The notes beneath the pieces are model-generated. The model had not been told where the DNA came from, made no database searches, and saw only the letters and a list, made by a program, of their open reading frames with translations. A stretch of DNA of 64,000 bases. It comes from an uncultured Latescibacterota bacterium (GTDB lineage Bacteria > Latescibacterota > UBA2968). The DNA is taken from the NCBI GenBank assembly GCA_958295785.1, contig OY282377.1:3534896-3598895 (forward strand), written 5' to 3'. This document shows positions 29,470 through 40,357 of the stretch, piece after piece (position 1 is the stretch's first letter; each line of letters starts with the position of its first letter). Position numbers and translations under genes: made by a program.

Positions 29470-29979
29470 GTGAAACTGTTTGAGGTTGACGAGGCGGTTG
29501 AAAAGGCCAAGGCGTATGCTATGCGCCTGCTCGGCTATCGGGCATATACCCAAAAGGAGATTGGCGACAAACTCGCCAACCGCGGCTATGCACAACGTGC
29601 GATTGAACAAACCCTATCCACCCTCGAGCGGCTCAATTTAATCGACGATGCGCTGTTTGCGCGTCAATTTGTCGCACAGCGGTTGCGGTCGCGCCCTGCG
29701 GGCCGAAAGGGGCTTGCATTTGACCTTGTGCGGCGCGGCGTCCCATCCGAAGTGATCGAGCGCGTTTTGGACGAGGCTCTCTCAGATGTCGATGTCGAAA
29801 ATATGGCACTCGATCTGATGATGCACCGGGCAAATCGCTACCGGGGCTTGTCGCGCGAGCGCGCACTGGGGCGGATGTACGGGTTTTTGGGGCGCAGGGG
29901 ATTCGAGGCGTCGGTCGCGCGAGAGGTGGCCCAAAAAGTGTGGACGACTATCGAGAATGAAAAGGTTGAGCAAAGATGA
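29470..29979 (+). CDS. recX: RecA regulator RecX (GTG start)
   Basis: RecX-like helical repeats (LLGYRAYTQKEI..., RLNLIDD...); recA-recX-alaS synteny. Confidence 0.75.
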   Translation: MKLFEVDEAVEKAKAYAMRLLGYRAYTQKEIGDKLANRGYAQRAIEQTLSTLERLNLIDDALFARQFVAQRLRSRPAGRKGLAFDLVRRGVPSEVIERVLDEALSDVDVENMALDLMMHRANRYRGLSRERALGRMYGFLGRRGFEASVAREVAQKVWTTIENEKVEQR

Positions 29980-32591
29980 AAACCGCTACACAAATACGCG
30001 AAGAGTTTCAGGCGTTTTTTGAATCCAAAGGCCATGTGCGAGTTCCAAGCGCGCCTCTCGTCCCGCAAGACGACCCCACCTTGTTGTTCACCAATGCGGG
30101 GATGAATCAGTTTAAGGATGTGTTTTTGGGCACCGGGCGTCGGCCTTATGCGCGTGCGGTGGATACTCAGAAGTGTTTGCGCGTTTCGGGCAAGCACAAC
30201 GATCTGGAAGAAGTGGGGTTCAGCCCCAACCACCACACGTTTTTCGAGATGTTGGGCAACTGGTCTTTTGGCGACTATTTCAAAAAAGAAGCCATTGCAT
30301 GGGCCTGGGAGTTGCTCACCGAAGTGTGGCAATTGCCAAAAGATCGCCTGTGGGCAACGGTGTTTGGCGGCGACGAGGCCGATGGCCTCGAGGCCGATTC
30401 AGAGGCCGAGAGCCTTTGGTCGCAGGTGACGGATTTGCCCGCCTATCGCGTGCTGCGCTTGGGGAAAAACGACAATTTTTGGGAAATGGGCAATACGGGC
30501 CCTTGTGGCCCGTGTTCCGAAATCCACCTCTATCTCGGCGACGACCCAACACTTCAGAAGGCCGTGCCCAATTTAGACACAGAGGATTATGTCGAACTCT
30601 GGAATCTGGTCTTTATTCAGTACAATCGCAGTGCCGATGGCAGCCTAGAGCCTCTGCCCGATCAACACGTAGATACGGGCCTGGGCTTCGAGCGGATCTG
30701 CGCGATTTTGCAAAACGCGGAAACCACTTACGATACGGATGTGTTTTTGCCCATCCTCGCGGGGATCAGCGATATGACCCGCAAGCCCTATCGCGGCGAC
30801 CATATCGTGCCCATGCGCGTGATCGCCGATCACATCCGCACCCTCACCTTTGCTATCGCAGATGGCGCGCTGCCGTCCAATGAAGGCAGGGGCTATGTTT
30901 TGCGGCGAATTTTGCGCCGCGCCGCGCGGTTTGGGCGCGCATTGGACAGGCGCGAGCCATTCATTTTTCAATTGGTCGAGATCGTGGCCCGAGAAATGGG
31001 CGCGGCATTCCCCGAAGTGGCAAAAAAGCGCGATCACATCGCACGGGTGATTCGGTCCGAAGAAGAGAGCTTTGGCAAAACACTGGATCGCGGCCTGGAA
31101 ATTTTTGAAACCATGCGCGCAAAAGGGCGTATTTCCGGCGCAGACGCCTTTCGCCTATACGATACTTATGGTTTTCCCATCGATTTAACCCGGTTGATGG
31201 CAGCCGAAAAAGGCATTGAGGTCGATGAGGCGGGCTTTGAAGCGCGCATGGCCGCACAGCAGACGCGGTCTCGCAAAGCGGGCAAGCATGTGTTTGCATC
31301 GCAAGAAGCGCGACAACCCCTGCCGCAAAACCATTCGGAATTTGTCGGATACGAAACCCTGACGGCCCATTCCCGCGTCGTGGCCTATCAACCCGTGCGC
31401 GATGGGTTGCTGGACCTCTATTTGGACATCACGCCCTTTTACGCCGAATCGGGCGGGCAGGTCGGCGACAGGGGCACGCTCACAGGCGATGGCACGCGCT
31501 TTGACGTGGCGACCACCTTCAAGGATGGCGAGGCCATTGTCCATCGCGGTCGCCTGTGCGATGGGCCAGCCGAAGCCCTCATGGGCCTGCGCGTGATGGC
31601 ATCCGTCGATGCCGAAACCCGCTTGAACACGGCGCGCAACCACACGGCCACGCATCTGATGCACCGCGCCCTGCGGCAGGTCTTGGGCGATCACGTCCAC
31701 CAAGCCGGTTCCCTGGTCGCTCCGGATAGGTCGCGCTTCGATTTTACGCATTTTGAAGGCGTGGAACCCGCCCAATTAGACGATATTGTGGGGATTGTCA
31801 ATGACGCGATCCGTAGCGATTGGGCCGTGGATATTTCCCTTGTCCCCTTGGCCCGCGCTGCGGAAATGGGCGCGATGATGTTGTTTGACGAAAAATACGG
31901 CGATGTGGTTCGCATGGTGCAAGTGGCAGACTTCAGCTTGGAGTTGTGCGGGGGCACGCATGTGCAAAGCACCGGACAAATCGGACTGTTTCAACTCGCG
32001 CACGAGACGGGCATTGCAGCGGGCGTGCGGCGCGTGGAAGCGGTCACAGGGCCGGGCGCGGAGGCCATGGTGCGCGATCAAAGAAAAATTTTGACCGATC
32101 TCACGTCCCAACTGAGCGCGCAAACTTCTGAATTGCCCAACAAGGTCGCGCACTTGCTGGCGCGCACTCGCGCACTCGAGCGCGAGGTGCAATCCATGCG
32201 CCGCGAGCACGCGGGTTTGGAGATGGACGCGCTGGTGGGCCGCGCCATCAATGTGGATGGGGTGCGCGTGGTCGCCGCCGAAGTCTCGCCGCCCGATATG
32301 GACGGGTTTCGCACCCTGGGCGACGGGTTGCGCGGCGCGCTGGGCACTGGCGGGGTCGGCGTGATTGGCGCGAACCTCAATGGCAAAGCGTCTCTCCTCG
32401 CGGTGGTGACAGACGATCTGATCGGTCGAGGCGTGCAGGCCGGCGATGTGGTCAAAGCCATCGCAAAGACCGTGGGCGGGGGCGGGGGCGGGCGGCCCCA
32501 TCTGGCGCAGGCCGGCGGCAAATTCCCCGAAAAGATCGGCGAGGCTTTGGCGCGAGTCCCCGCCATCATTCGGGCACAGGTGGGAGGGTAG
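29976..32591 (+). CDS. alaS: Alanine--tRNA ligase
   Basis: Class II motifs incl. FFEMLGNWSFGDYFK, editing-domain HxxxH/CxxxH, C-terminal DHHA1 GGGGG. Confidence 0.9.
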   Translation: MKTATQIREEFQAFFESKGHVRVPSAPLVPQDDPTLLFTNAGMNQFKDVFLGTGRRPYARAVDTQKCLRVSGKHNDLEEVGFSPNHHTFFEMLGNWSFGDYFKKEAIAWAWELLTEVWQLPKDRLWATVFGGDEADGLEADSEAESLWSQVTDLPAYRVLRLGKNDNFWEMGNTGPCGPCSEIHLYLGDDPTLQKAVPNLDTEDYVELWNLVFIQYNRSADGSLEPLPDQHVDTGLGFERICAILQNAETTYDTDVFLPILAGISDMTRKPYRGDHIVPMRVIADHIRTLTFAIADGALPSNEGRGYVLRRILRRAARFGRALDRREPFIFQLVEIVAREMGAAFPEVAKKRDHIARVIRSEEESFGKTLDRGLEIFETMRAKGRISGADAFRLYDTYGFPIDLTRLMAAEKGIEVDEAGFEARMAAQQTRSRKAGKHVFASQEARQPLPQNHSEFVGYETLTAHSRVVAYQPVRDGLLDLYLDITPFYAESGGQVGDRGTLTGDGTRFDVATTFKDGEAIVHRGRLCDGPAEALMGLRVMASVDAETRLNTARNHTATHLMHRALRQVLGDHVHQAGSLVAPDRSRFDFTHFEGVEPAQLDDIVGIVNDAIRSDWAVDISLVPLARAAEMGAMMLFDEKYGDVVRMVQVADFSLELCGGTHVQSTGQIGLFQLAHETGIAAGVRRVEAVTGPGAEAMVRDQRKILTDLTSQLSAQTSELPNKVAHLLARTRALEREVQSMRREHAGLEMDALVGRAINVDGVRVVAAEVSPPDMDGFRTLGDGLRGALGTGGVGVIGANLNGKASLLAVVTDDLIGRGVQAGDVVKAIAKTVGGGGGGRPHLAQAGGKFPEKIGEALARVPAIIRAQVGG

Positions 32592-32596
32592 CCTCC

Positions 32597-33346
32597 ATGA
32601 CGGTATTTGAACAATTGGTGGCTGTTCGAAACCGCCGAGGCGCGGGTTTTTTGCCCTATCTGGATCCCGACCGGCTCGACAAGAAGGATTTGGCGCACAC
32701 GGCTGCGGTTTGCGAAGCACAGGGCGCAGACGCCATTTTGATCGGCGGGAGTTTTTTGTTTTCCGCCAATTTCGACCGCATGGTACGCGAAGTCGCCCGA
32801 GCCGTTGAGGTGCCGGTGATTATTTTTCCCGGCGATACCAACCAGATATCGCCAGCGGCAGATGCGATTTTGTTTTTGTCCCTCATCAGCGGGCGCAATG
32901 CCGATTTGCTCATCGGGCAACACGTCAAGGCCGCGCCCATGTTGAAAGCGTGTGGCATAGAACCCATAGCCACCGGCTACGCGCTCATAGACACGGGACA
33001 GCAGACCACGACCGAATACGTGAGCAATACCCGGCCTTTGCCCCGCGACAAACCCGAGATCGCTATGGCGCACGCCTTGGCAGCCGAGTATTTGGGCATG
33101 CAATGCGCCTATTTGGATGCCGGCAGCGGGCCGGAGTTGATGGTGCCCGAAGATATGGTGTGCGCTGTGTGCGACTATGTCGACATTCCAGTCATTGTCG
33201 GCGGCGGCATCCGCGACCCCAAAGCCGCTGCAAAACGGGTCGCACTCGGCGCGTCTTTTGTGGTGGTTGGCAGTGCGTTTGAAGAAACGGGTTGGGACGC
33301 CGCGCTGATTGGCGCGTTTGCCGCTGCCATTCACCATCTCGACTGA
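32597..33346 (+). CDS. GGGP synthase / heptaprenylglyceryl-phosphate synthase family (PcrB-like) prenyltransferase
   Basis: TIM-barrel PcrB/GGGPS pattern: ...YLDPD...ILIGGS...IFPG...AYLDAGSG...VIVGGGIR...VVVGSA. Confidence 0.65.
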   Translation: MTVFEQLVAVRNRRGAGFLPYLDPDRLDKKDLAHTAAVCEAQGADAILIGGSFLFSANFDRMVREVARAVEVPVIIFPGDTNQISPAADAILFLSLISGRNADLLIGQHVKAAPMLKACGIEPIATGYALIDTGQQTTTEYVSNTRPLPRDKPEIAMAHALAAEYLGMQCAYLDAGSGPELMVPEDMVCAVCDYVDIPVIVGGGIRDPKAAAKRVALGASFVVVGSAFEETGWDAALIGAFAAAIHHLD

Positions 33347-33422
33347 GTTCATTTTTTGTTTTTTACGATAGGGTATAGTCTTACCGTCTTTGCCGACGGT
33401 TTTTTTATGCGAGTGTATTGTT

Positions 33423-34313
33423 ATGGCTATTTCATCTGGTGCAGTTTTGTGTTACGGTTTTTTGGGTATAGATCAAATTGTTCAAGTGCCGTGGTTTCCC
33501 GAGCGCAATGGGCACACGCGCGTGCTGCGAGACGAGGAATTTGTCGGCGGCGAAGCGACCAATACAGCGGTGACTTTGGGCGGATTGGGCGTTGACGTGC
33601 GGTTGATGGGCTGCGCGATTGGCGAGGATCGCAGGGGGGCGTTTTTCCTGCGCGCCATGCGTCAATTTAACTTGGATGTTCGCAAGTTGGATATAGACCC
33701 GAGCGTTCGCACGGGGCACACCGTTATCCTGTCAGATGTCAACGGCGGGCGAACGATTTGCGGGCATTTTCTCGACGTGCGAAGCCGCCCCTTGACCGAA
33801 GCAGATCTCGAAGGCGTCGCCCTGTTGTCGGTCGATCCCTTTTTGGGCGAAAATGCGATCCGCGCAGCTAAAATCGCACGGGCCTGCGATGTGACGGTGT
33901 TTGCCATTGAATTGACACCCGATCACCAACTCGCAAAATTCTGCGATGTGGTGATCAATTCGGCCGGGTTTATGCGCCGGCACAGGATGGGCCCGCCCGC
34001 AGATGTGGCGGTTGGGCTGTTGAAAGCCGGCGTGGAAACCGTGGTGATTACCAAGGGAAAACTGGGAAGTCAGGTTTTTCAGGAAAATGGCAACAGTTTT
34101 GACCAACGCGCATACCAAGTCTCTGCACGCGAGACCACCGGCGCGGGCGATGCGTTTCGCGCCGGCCTCATCTACGGGTATTTGCAGGGATGGACCCTGA
34201 CGCGCAGCGTGCAATTTGCCAGCGGCAGCGCGGCCATAACGTGTACAAGGGCCGGCGGTGCAGGCCATATTCACGGGGAAGAACAGGTCTTGAAACTGAT
34301 CGCCGAAGAGTGA
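33423..34313 (+). CDS. PfkB-family carbohydrate/nucleoside kinase
   Basis: Ribokinase-fold motifs incl. C-terminal TTGAGDAFRAGLIYG. Confidence 0.65.
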   Translation: MAISSGAVLCYGFLGIDQIVQVPWFPERNGHTRVLRDEEFVGGEATNTAVTLGGLGVDVRLMGCAIGEDRRGAFFLRAMRQFNLDVRKLDIDPSVRTGHTVILSDVNGGRTICGHFLDVRSRPLTEADLEGVALLSVDPFLGENAIRAAKIARACDVTVFAIELTPDHQLAKFCDVVINSAGFMRRHRMGPPADVAVGLLKAGVETVVITKGKLGSQVFQENGNSFDQRAYQVSARETTGAGDAFRAGLIYGYLQGWTLTRSVQFASGSAAITCTRAGGAGHIHGEEQVLKLIAEE

Positions 34314-34409
34314 GGCATTTAAGAACTGACGTTACGCAACGTCGCGTCGTTGCAACAGCGGTGTACAACTGCGATTCCTACGTAGGTCTTAAGCAAAGGT
34401 GACGTATTT

Positions 34410-34670
34410 ATGCAGGAACAACGGGCAATCGTCAAAAACGAACTGGGCATCCACGCCCGACCTGCGGCTTTGCTCGTGCAGGCGGCGGCCAAGTTCACTT
34501 CTGAAATCACATTGAAAAAAGATGGCCTCGCGATCAATGGCAAGAGCATTATGGGCGTGATGATGTTGGCCGCAGAAGCGGGTTCTGTGATCACCGTGCA
34601 GGCCGAGGGCGACGATGCACGCGAGGCACTAGATCACATCGTCAAAATGATCGAGTCGAAATTCGACTGA
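34410..34670 (+). CDS. ptsH: Phosphocarrier protein HPr
   Basis: GIHARPAA active-site His15 motif and Ser46 region KSIMGVMML. Confidence 0.85.
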   Translation: MQEQRAIVKNELGIHARPAALLVQAAAKFTSEITLKKDGLAINGKSIMGVMMLAAEAGSVITVQAEGDDAREALDHIVKMIESKFD

Positions 34671-34798
34671 ACATGAGAAGCCATCTTAAAACGAAGACCC
34701 TTCCCCGCGATGGGGATGTGAGGCGATATGCCGACATCAATTGCGAATTGGGGAGCATGGGGCATTCCTCATTTCCCAAAATTTATGGCGACTGACTT

Positions 34799-36592
34799 AT
34801 GAAGCACTTTAAAGGCATACAGGCTTCTCCCGGCATTGCGATTGGACCGGTGTATCTCTACGATCCCGAAGAGTTTCTCGTGGATCAACGCCGGGTACAT
34901 CCCCGGGATATTCCCGCAGAAGAATCCAGATTGCGAGACGCGATAGCGGCCGTGGCCGAGGATTTTGCGGCCACGCGGGCGCATGTCGAAGATGTGCTCG
35001 GCAAAGAACACGCGCAGATTTTCGATGCCCACCTGCTCATTTTGCAAGACGCCGCACTCCTCGATCCCACCATTGCGCGCATTCGCGACGAGGCGCGCAA
35101 TGCCGAATACGCCTTCTGGACGACCTTCCGGCATTTGCGCCGCCAATTTGAAGCGATCCAAGACGATTATTTGCGCGAACGCGGCACAGATCTGTTGGGC
35201 ATTGAAAAGCGGGTTTTGGCAAAATTGTGCAACTGGGAAAAGGCAGGATTAGACCGATTGCCCCACGAGGCGATAGTGGTCGCGCGCGATTTGATGCCCG
35301 ACGATATGGCACACATGCAACCCGACCGGGTTTTGGGGCTGATCACAGAGGTGGGAGGCCCCACGTCGCACGCGATCATTTTGGCGCGCGGCTTGGAAAT
35401 CCCCGCGGTTGTCAGCGTCGTCCATGCGTTGTCTGAAGCGCGCATGGGAGATATGGCAATCGTCGATGGACAGCGCGGACATTTTATTCTCCATCCCGAT
35501 AGAGAAACACTTGCACACTATCGCCGCCTGTCAAAAAAGCTCAGGGCGCGAAAGGCGGGATTGGTCGATTCTCGGGATTTGCCGGCCGAGACCACAGATG
35601 GGGTTCGCGTCGCGTTGCAGGCCAATGTGGAATTGCCCAACGAGGTGCATTCCGCCATGGCCTACGGCGCCGAGGGCGTGGGGTTGTACCGCACGGAATA
35701 CCTCTATCTCGCGCAAAATACCTTGCCCGATGAGGCGTCCCAAGTCGCCGCCTATTCGCAAATGGCCGAGCGCATCGCGCCGCAACCGCTCGTGATTCGC
35801 ACCCTGGATTTGGGGGGCGATAAAATGTCGCATGTGCTCAACACACAGCCGGAAATGAATCCCTTTTTGGGCCTGCGATCCATCCGCCTGACAATGGAGC
35901 ACCGCGATCTGTTCAAAACGCAGTTGCGGGCCATCCTAAAGGCGAGTGCCGTCGGCAATGTGAAAGTGATGTTCCCTCTGATTTCGGGGGTCGGTGAATT
36001 GCGCGAGGCCCTGTTGGTGCTCGCCGAGGTGCGCGAAGAATTGACGCGGGAAGGCGTGCCTTTTGACGACCGCTGTCCCGTCGGGGTCATGATCGAAGTC
36101 CCTGCCGCCGCGCTGGTGGCCGATCAATTGGCGCGCGAAGTCAATTTTTTCAGCATTGGCACCAATGACCTGATTCAATACACGCTCGCGGTTGATCGCG
36201 GCAACGATCTCGTGGCCTATTTGTTCGAGCCGTTTCACCCTGCGGTCTTGCGCTTGATCAAGCGCGTGATAGACGCGGCGCACGCGCAACAAATACCCGT
36301 GACCGTGTGCGGCGAGATGGCGGGCAATCCGCATTCCGGCCTGTTGCTGATGGGCATGGGCGTGGATAAACTCTCCATGACGCCCTCGGCCCTGCCAGAG
36401 GTCAAACGCGCCATCCGCGCCGTGTCCTTTGACCAACTCCAATCTCTCGCCGAAGACGTGCTCAACATGCATGTAATCGCAGAAATTCGCGCGCGCATAA
36501 CCCACGCATTTTCCGAGGAAGATGACGCGGGAGAAGCCAGAGGTCAAGAGTCAGTTCGCCCATCCACGCACAAGAACGCAGCGCAGGCGTAA
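34799..36592 (+). CDS. ptsI: Phosphoenolpyruvate--protein phosphotransferase (PTS enzyme I)
   Basis: PEP-utilising motifs GGPTSHAIILARGLEIPAVV and C-terminal GEMAG/GTNDL. Confidence 0.85.
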   Translation: MKHFKGIQASPGIAIGPVYLYDPEEFLVDQRRVHPRDIPAEESRLRDAIAAVAEDFAATRAHVEDVLGKEHAQIFDAHLLILQDAALLDPTIARIRDEARNAEYAFWTTFRHLRRQFEAIQDDYLRERGTDLLGIEKRVLAKLCNWEKAGLDRLPHEAIVVARDLMPDDMAHMQPDRVLGLITEVGGPTSHAIILARGLEIPAVVSVVHALSEARMGDMAIVDGQRGHFILHPDRETLAHYRRLSKKLRARKAGLVDSRDLPAETTDGVRVALQANVELPNEVHSAMAYGAEGVGLYRTEYLYLAQNTLPDEASQVAAYSQMAERIAPQPLVIRTLDLGGDKMSHVLNTQPEMNPFLGLRSIRLTMEHRDLFKTQLRAILKASAVGNVKVMFPLISGVGELREALLVLAEVREELTREGVPFDDRCPVGVMIEVPAAALVADQLAREVNFFSIGTNDLIQYTLAVDRGNDLVAYLFEPFHPAVLRLIKRVIDAAHAQQIPVTVCGEMAGNPHSGLLLMGMGVDKLSMTPSALPEVKRAIRAVSFDQLQSLAEDVLNMHVIAEIRARITHAFSEEDDAGEARGQESVRPSTHKNAAQA

Positions 36593-36705
36593 CCTACAAC
36601 ATATCGAAGATGGTACTGTGCCCGCCCAAAGATCGACTCTGTATCGATGAACTGCTAGCGCGGTTGTACCCTGTTTCGCAATTTTTTTGACAGGAGTAAC
36701 TTTTT

Positions 36706-37860
36706 ATGAACCGTTTGTTTACGTCTGAATCGGTTTCCGAAGGGCATCCGGACAAGGTGGCCGATCAAATTTCAGATGCCGTGCTCGATGCCATGTTGTC
36801 GCAAGACCCCAAATCCAGGGTGGCCTGCGAAACGCTGGTGACGACCGGGCTCGTGGTGGTCGCGGGCGAAGTGACCAGCGACGCGGTCGTGGATTTTGAA
36901 TCGCTGGTGCGCGGCGTGGTCAAAGACATTGGATATACGGATGCGAGCTATGGATTTGATTACAAAAGCTGTGAGGTGATGGTGCGATTAGGCCAGCAAT
37001 CGCCCGATATTTCCCAAGGCGTGACAGCGGGCGAGGGGTTGCACACCGAGCAAGGGGCGGGCGATCAGGGGATGATGTTTGGCTATGCGTGCAGGGAAAC
37101 GCCGGAATTGATGCCGCTGCCCATTACCCTGTCGCACAATCTGGTGAGCGAACTCGCGCAAATCCGCAAAGACAAAGGGCTTTCGTATTTGCGCCCCGAT
37201 GGCAAAGCACAAGTGACCGTGGCATACGACGGAGACGAACCGCGCCGCGTCCACACCGTGGTGGTCTCAACGCAACACGATGAAAACATATCCCACGATC
37301 AGATTGTGCGCGACATCAAAAACAAAGTGATCCGCGAGGTGGTGCCCTCGCATCTCTTGGATGGGGAGACAATTTATCACGTCAACCCAACCGGCAAATT
37401 TGTGGTGGGCGGGCCACACGGCGATTGCGGGTTGACCGGGCGAAAAATTATCGTGGATACGTACGGGGGCATGGGGCGTCACGGCGGGGGCGCGTTTTCG
37501 GGCAAAGACCCGAGCAAAGTGGATCGCAGCGCGCATTACGCCGCGCGTTGGGTCGCCAAAAACATCGTGGCGGCGGGCCTCGCGTCTCGATGCGAAGTGC
37601 AACTCGCCTACGCTATCGGCGTGGCAAAACCCGTTTCGGTTGCCATCGACACGTTTGGCACGGGCAAACAGACGGAATCAAAAATCGCAACGCTGATCGA
37701 GGAACATTTCGACCTGACGCCATCTGGCATCATTGAGACCCTTCAATTGACCAAGCCCATCTATCGCGCCACAGCCGCGTATGGTCACTTCGGGCGCGGC
37801 GAATTTACCTGGGAACAAACCGATAGAGCCAACGCCTTAAAACGGGCCGCTGGCCTGTAG
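36706..37860 (+). CDS. metK: S-adenosylmethionine synthetase
   Basis: GHPDK, GAGDQG and GGGAFSGKD signatures. Confidence 0.9.
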   Translation: MNRLFTSESVSEGHPDKVADQISDAVLDAMLSQDPKSRVACETLVTTGLVVVAGEVTSDAVVDFESLVRGVVKDIGYTDASYGFDYKSCEVMVRLGQQSPDISQGVTAGEGLHTEQGAGDQGMMFGYACRETPELMPLPITLSHNLVSELAQIRKDKGLSYLRPDGKAQVTVAYDGDEPRRVHTVVVSTQHDENISHDQIVRDIKNKVIREVVPSHLLDGETIYHVNPTGKFVVGGPHGDCGLTGRKIIVDTYGGMGRHGGGAFSGKDPSKVDRSAHYAARWVAKNIVAAGLASRCEVQLAYAIGVAKPVSVAIDTFGTGKQTESKIATLIEEHFDLTPSGIIETLQLTKPIYRATAAYGHFGRGEFTWEQTDRANALKRAAGL

Positions 37861-37867
37861 AAACGCA

Positions 37868-37903
37868 AAAGAGCGGGCGCGAATGCCCGCTCTTTTTTTT
37901 TAA
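37868..37903. terminator. Intrinsic terminator after metK (AGAGCGGGC...GCCCGCTCT + T9), between convergent genes
   Basis: 9-bp GC-rich stem and long T-run. Confidence 0.55.
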
Positions 37904-37913
37904 CATCTCTTGC

Positions 37914-38801
37914 TTAGAACTGGTACCTCAGGCTGAGGCCCGCGCCCCAAAACCGGGTGTCGTCCGTCCTGACTTGGTATAAAATCTGCCCGCCTCGGCC
38001 GACGGAAGACTCGTGGCTGCGGAGCTGATTCCATTCTCTCCTTTCGCTCTTGAATTTTCTGAAATCCGCCATGCGAAATCTGAAATCCAGCGCGACCCGG
38101 TCGCTGAACAGATAGTTTGCGCCGGCGAGTATCTGATAGCCGATCAAGCGATCTGCCAAGCGCGCCTCGCCGATGGTGGTCGAACCTGCAACTTTCGCTT
38201 TCAGCATCGGATCTTCAAACGTCGCGATCTTGTCGGGATCGTCATTTCGCTTCCAATGCGTAAAGTAGTAAAACGACGTATTGCCCAATCCCGCGCCAGC
38301 CCCCACGTATGGCGTAAAGGGCGATTTCAAAGAGAAGTTGTAGTACACATTGGCAAAAAAGTTGTGCGACGCCATATTGTCGATGCCGCCGACCGCCAAC
38401 TCGATTTCCTGATCCTGCTTGCCGAGAGTCACTGCGTCGAGAATGGTGATATCGGCACGCTCGTTATAGATCGTGACGCGATAGAAATACTCCCCTTCAA
38501 CCCTGACCGCTCCTCGGCGATATCCAAAGGCAATACCCGACTGCATGCCGGTGCCTCCGCCCAATGCCTGACTCCACTCTCCCGGCCCCGGGGGGTTATT
38601 GCACTCATCTGTCACTTCCAACCCATCGGGATTGATGATCCGGTCACACTTGGTGCTCCAGTCGTTATCGTCGCCATCCATGTCAAATGCCGGGGATACA
38701 ACGAGCCCCAAGCCCATCTGAATGTACACGCCATCCCGTGCAATGGCTTGCCCAGACAAACTCAGCGCAGCCACCATCCACAACAAAACGCGCGAACACA
38801 T
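37914..38801 (-). CDS. Outer-membrane beta-barrel (porin/OmpA-like) protein with signal peptide
   Basis: Start MCSRVLLWMVAALSLSGQAIA (signal peptide); amphipathic beta-strand pattern; C-terminal ...LSLRYQF. Confidence 0.5.
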   Translation of the reverse strand: MCSRVLLWMVAALSLSGQAIARDGVYIQMGLGLVVSPAFDMDGDDNDWSTKCDRIINPDGLEVTDECNNPPGPGEWSQALGGGTGMQSGIAFGYRRGAVRVEGEYFYRVTIYNERADITILDAVTLGKQDQEIELAVGGIDNMASHNFFANVYYNFSLKSPFTPYVGAGAGLGNTSFYYFTHWKRNDDPDKIATFEDPMLKAKVAGSTTIGEARLADRLIGYQILAGANYLFSDRVALDFRFRMADFRKFKSERREWNQLRSHESSVGRGGQILYQVRTDDTRFWGAGLSLRYQF

Positions 38802-38995
38802 CGCCCTCTCCTTTGAAAAATAAAAATCGCCAACGCTTCCATCCCGCCCAATTTTCCCTTCGAATCCCAAAAAAATAGTATAAAACAAAAAAGGCAACTG
38901 TATACAGCTATCGGCCCCTACCCATTCGCCCCAAAGCGATGTAGGAACTTGCCGCTCGTTTGCCGACCCCTGATCCTTCGGCTTGCACAATCCTC

Positions 38996-40357
38996 TCATT
39001 TTTCGAGCGCGTAATAGTTGATTTTCTTGTGTAAGTTGGTGCGTTCAATGCCCAAGGCGTTGGCCGCGTGCGTGACGTTCCAGTCGTGCTGATTGAGTGC
39101 TTCGGCAATATGGTGTCGCTCGACGGCTTCGCGCACCTGACGGAGCGATTTCCCCGGGCCCAGGCCGGGGATGGCGTCGGCCGGTCTCGGCGCGTTCACA
39201 CCCTCTAAAGCGGGCAAATCTTCGGCGTAAATCGCAGCGCCCGAAACCATGATCGAGAGGCGTTCAACCAGGTTTTTCAATTCGCGGATATTGCCGGGCC
39301 AGTCGTAGCGCAAGAGCACATCCCGCGCATCTGACGCCAGTGTTTTGGGCAAAAATCCGTTTTCTTCCGCATAGGCGACAAAAAAATATTCGGCCAGATC
39401 CGGGATGTCTTCGCGGCGCTCTCGCAGGGCCGGCGCGGTCAAGGGCACCACATTGAGGCGAAAGTAGAGGTCTTCTCGAAATTTGCCCTGCGCGACTTCG
39501 GCGTGCAAATTTTTGTTGGTCGCGGCGATGACGCGCACATCCACGCGAAAGGTCTTCGCGCCGCCCACCCGTTCAAACTCTCCCTGCTCGAGCGCGCGCA
39601 ACACCTTGGCCTGCACCGACAGGCTCATATCGCCAATTTCATCGAGAAATAGCGTTCCCCCATCGGCTTGCAAAAACTTGCCATCGCGCGTTTTCACCGC
39701 GCCGGTAAACGCGCCGCGATCACTGCCGAACAATTCGCTTTCGATGAGTTCTTCGGGAATGGCGGCGCAGTTCACTTTGATAAATGGCGCGTTCGCCCTG
39801 CGGCTCATTTTGTGAACAGCGCGCGCGATGAGTTCCTTGCCTGTGCCGCTTTCGCCCAAGATGAGCACGCGCCCATTGGTCGGCGCGACGCGCGCAATTT
39901 GATTGCGAATATCCGTCAGCGCATCGCTCGTCCCCACCATTTCATAGCGGCTTTCAATTTGTTGCTTGAGGTCGCGGTTTTCCGCGGCGAGTTCTTGCGT
40001 TTGCAGGGCGCGAGAAACCGCCAAGAGCACTTTGTCGCGCGACAAGGGCTTTTCCAAAAAATCATAAGCCCCCAATTTGATGGCGCGAACCGCGTTTTGC
40101 ACATTGCCGTGCCCCGAAATCACGACAACGGCCAAGTCCGGGCGCACCTCGAGGAGTTTGGGCAACAGGTCGAGGCCATTGATTTCGGGCATCACGATAT
40201 CGAGCAAGACCAAGTGGATGGGTTCTTTGTGCAACACGCCGAGGCCGGCTTGCCCCGAAGCGCGGGCAAAAACCCGATAGCCTTCGCCCGATAAGATCAT
40301 GTCCAAAGTTCGGCGGATGTTTCTTTCGTCGTCGATGATGAGAATATTTTGGCTCAT
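38996..40357 (-). CDS. Sigma-54-dependent two-component response regulator (NtrC family)
   Basis: REC domain (DDERNIR...LLDIVMP), AAA+ GESGTGKE, GAFTGA, C-terminal Fis-type HTH. Confidence 0.8.
   Translation of the reverse strand: MSQNILIIDDERNIRRTLDMILSGEGYRVFARASGQAGLGVLHKEPIHLVLLDIVMPEINGLDLLPKLLEVRPDLAVVVISGHGNVQNAVRAIKLGAYDFLEKPLSRDKVLLAVSRALQTQELAAENRDLKQQIESRYEMVGTSDALTDIRNQIARVAPTNGRVLILGESGTGKELIARAVHKMSRRANAPFIKVNCAAIPEELIESELFGSDRGAFTGAVKTRDGKFLQADGGTLFLDEIGDMSLSVQAKVLRALEQGEFERVGGAKTFRVDVRVIAATNKNLHAEVAQGKFREDLYFRLNVVPLTAPALRERREDIPDLAEYFFVAYAEENGFLPKTLASDARDVLLRYDWPGNIRELKNLVERLSIMVSGAAIYAEDLPALEGVNAPRPADAIPGLGPGKSLRQVREAVERHHIAEALNQHDWNVTHAANALGIERTNLHKKINYYALEK

Noticed and set aside
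32078-33352. 424-aa minus-strand ORF spanning the alaS end and the GGGPS-like gene
   Set aside because: It is antisense to two confidently identified genes. The same applies to 31776-32720 and 31185-31775.
36593-36705. Possible SAM riboswitch upstream of metK
   Set aside because: I could not recognise the conserved SAM-I or SAM-II cores in the 113-nt leader. It is left uncalled and would need a covariance-model scan.
38013-38816. 267-aa plus-strand ORF opposite the porin-like gene, and 301-aa ORF at 40906-41811 opposite the histidine kinase
   Set aside because: The minus-strand genes have clear signal peptide/OMP or kinase motifs. The plus-strand ORFs are compositional shadows.
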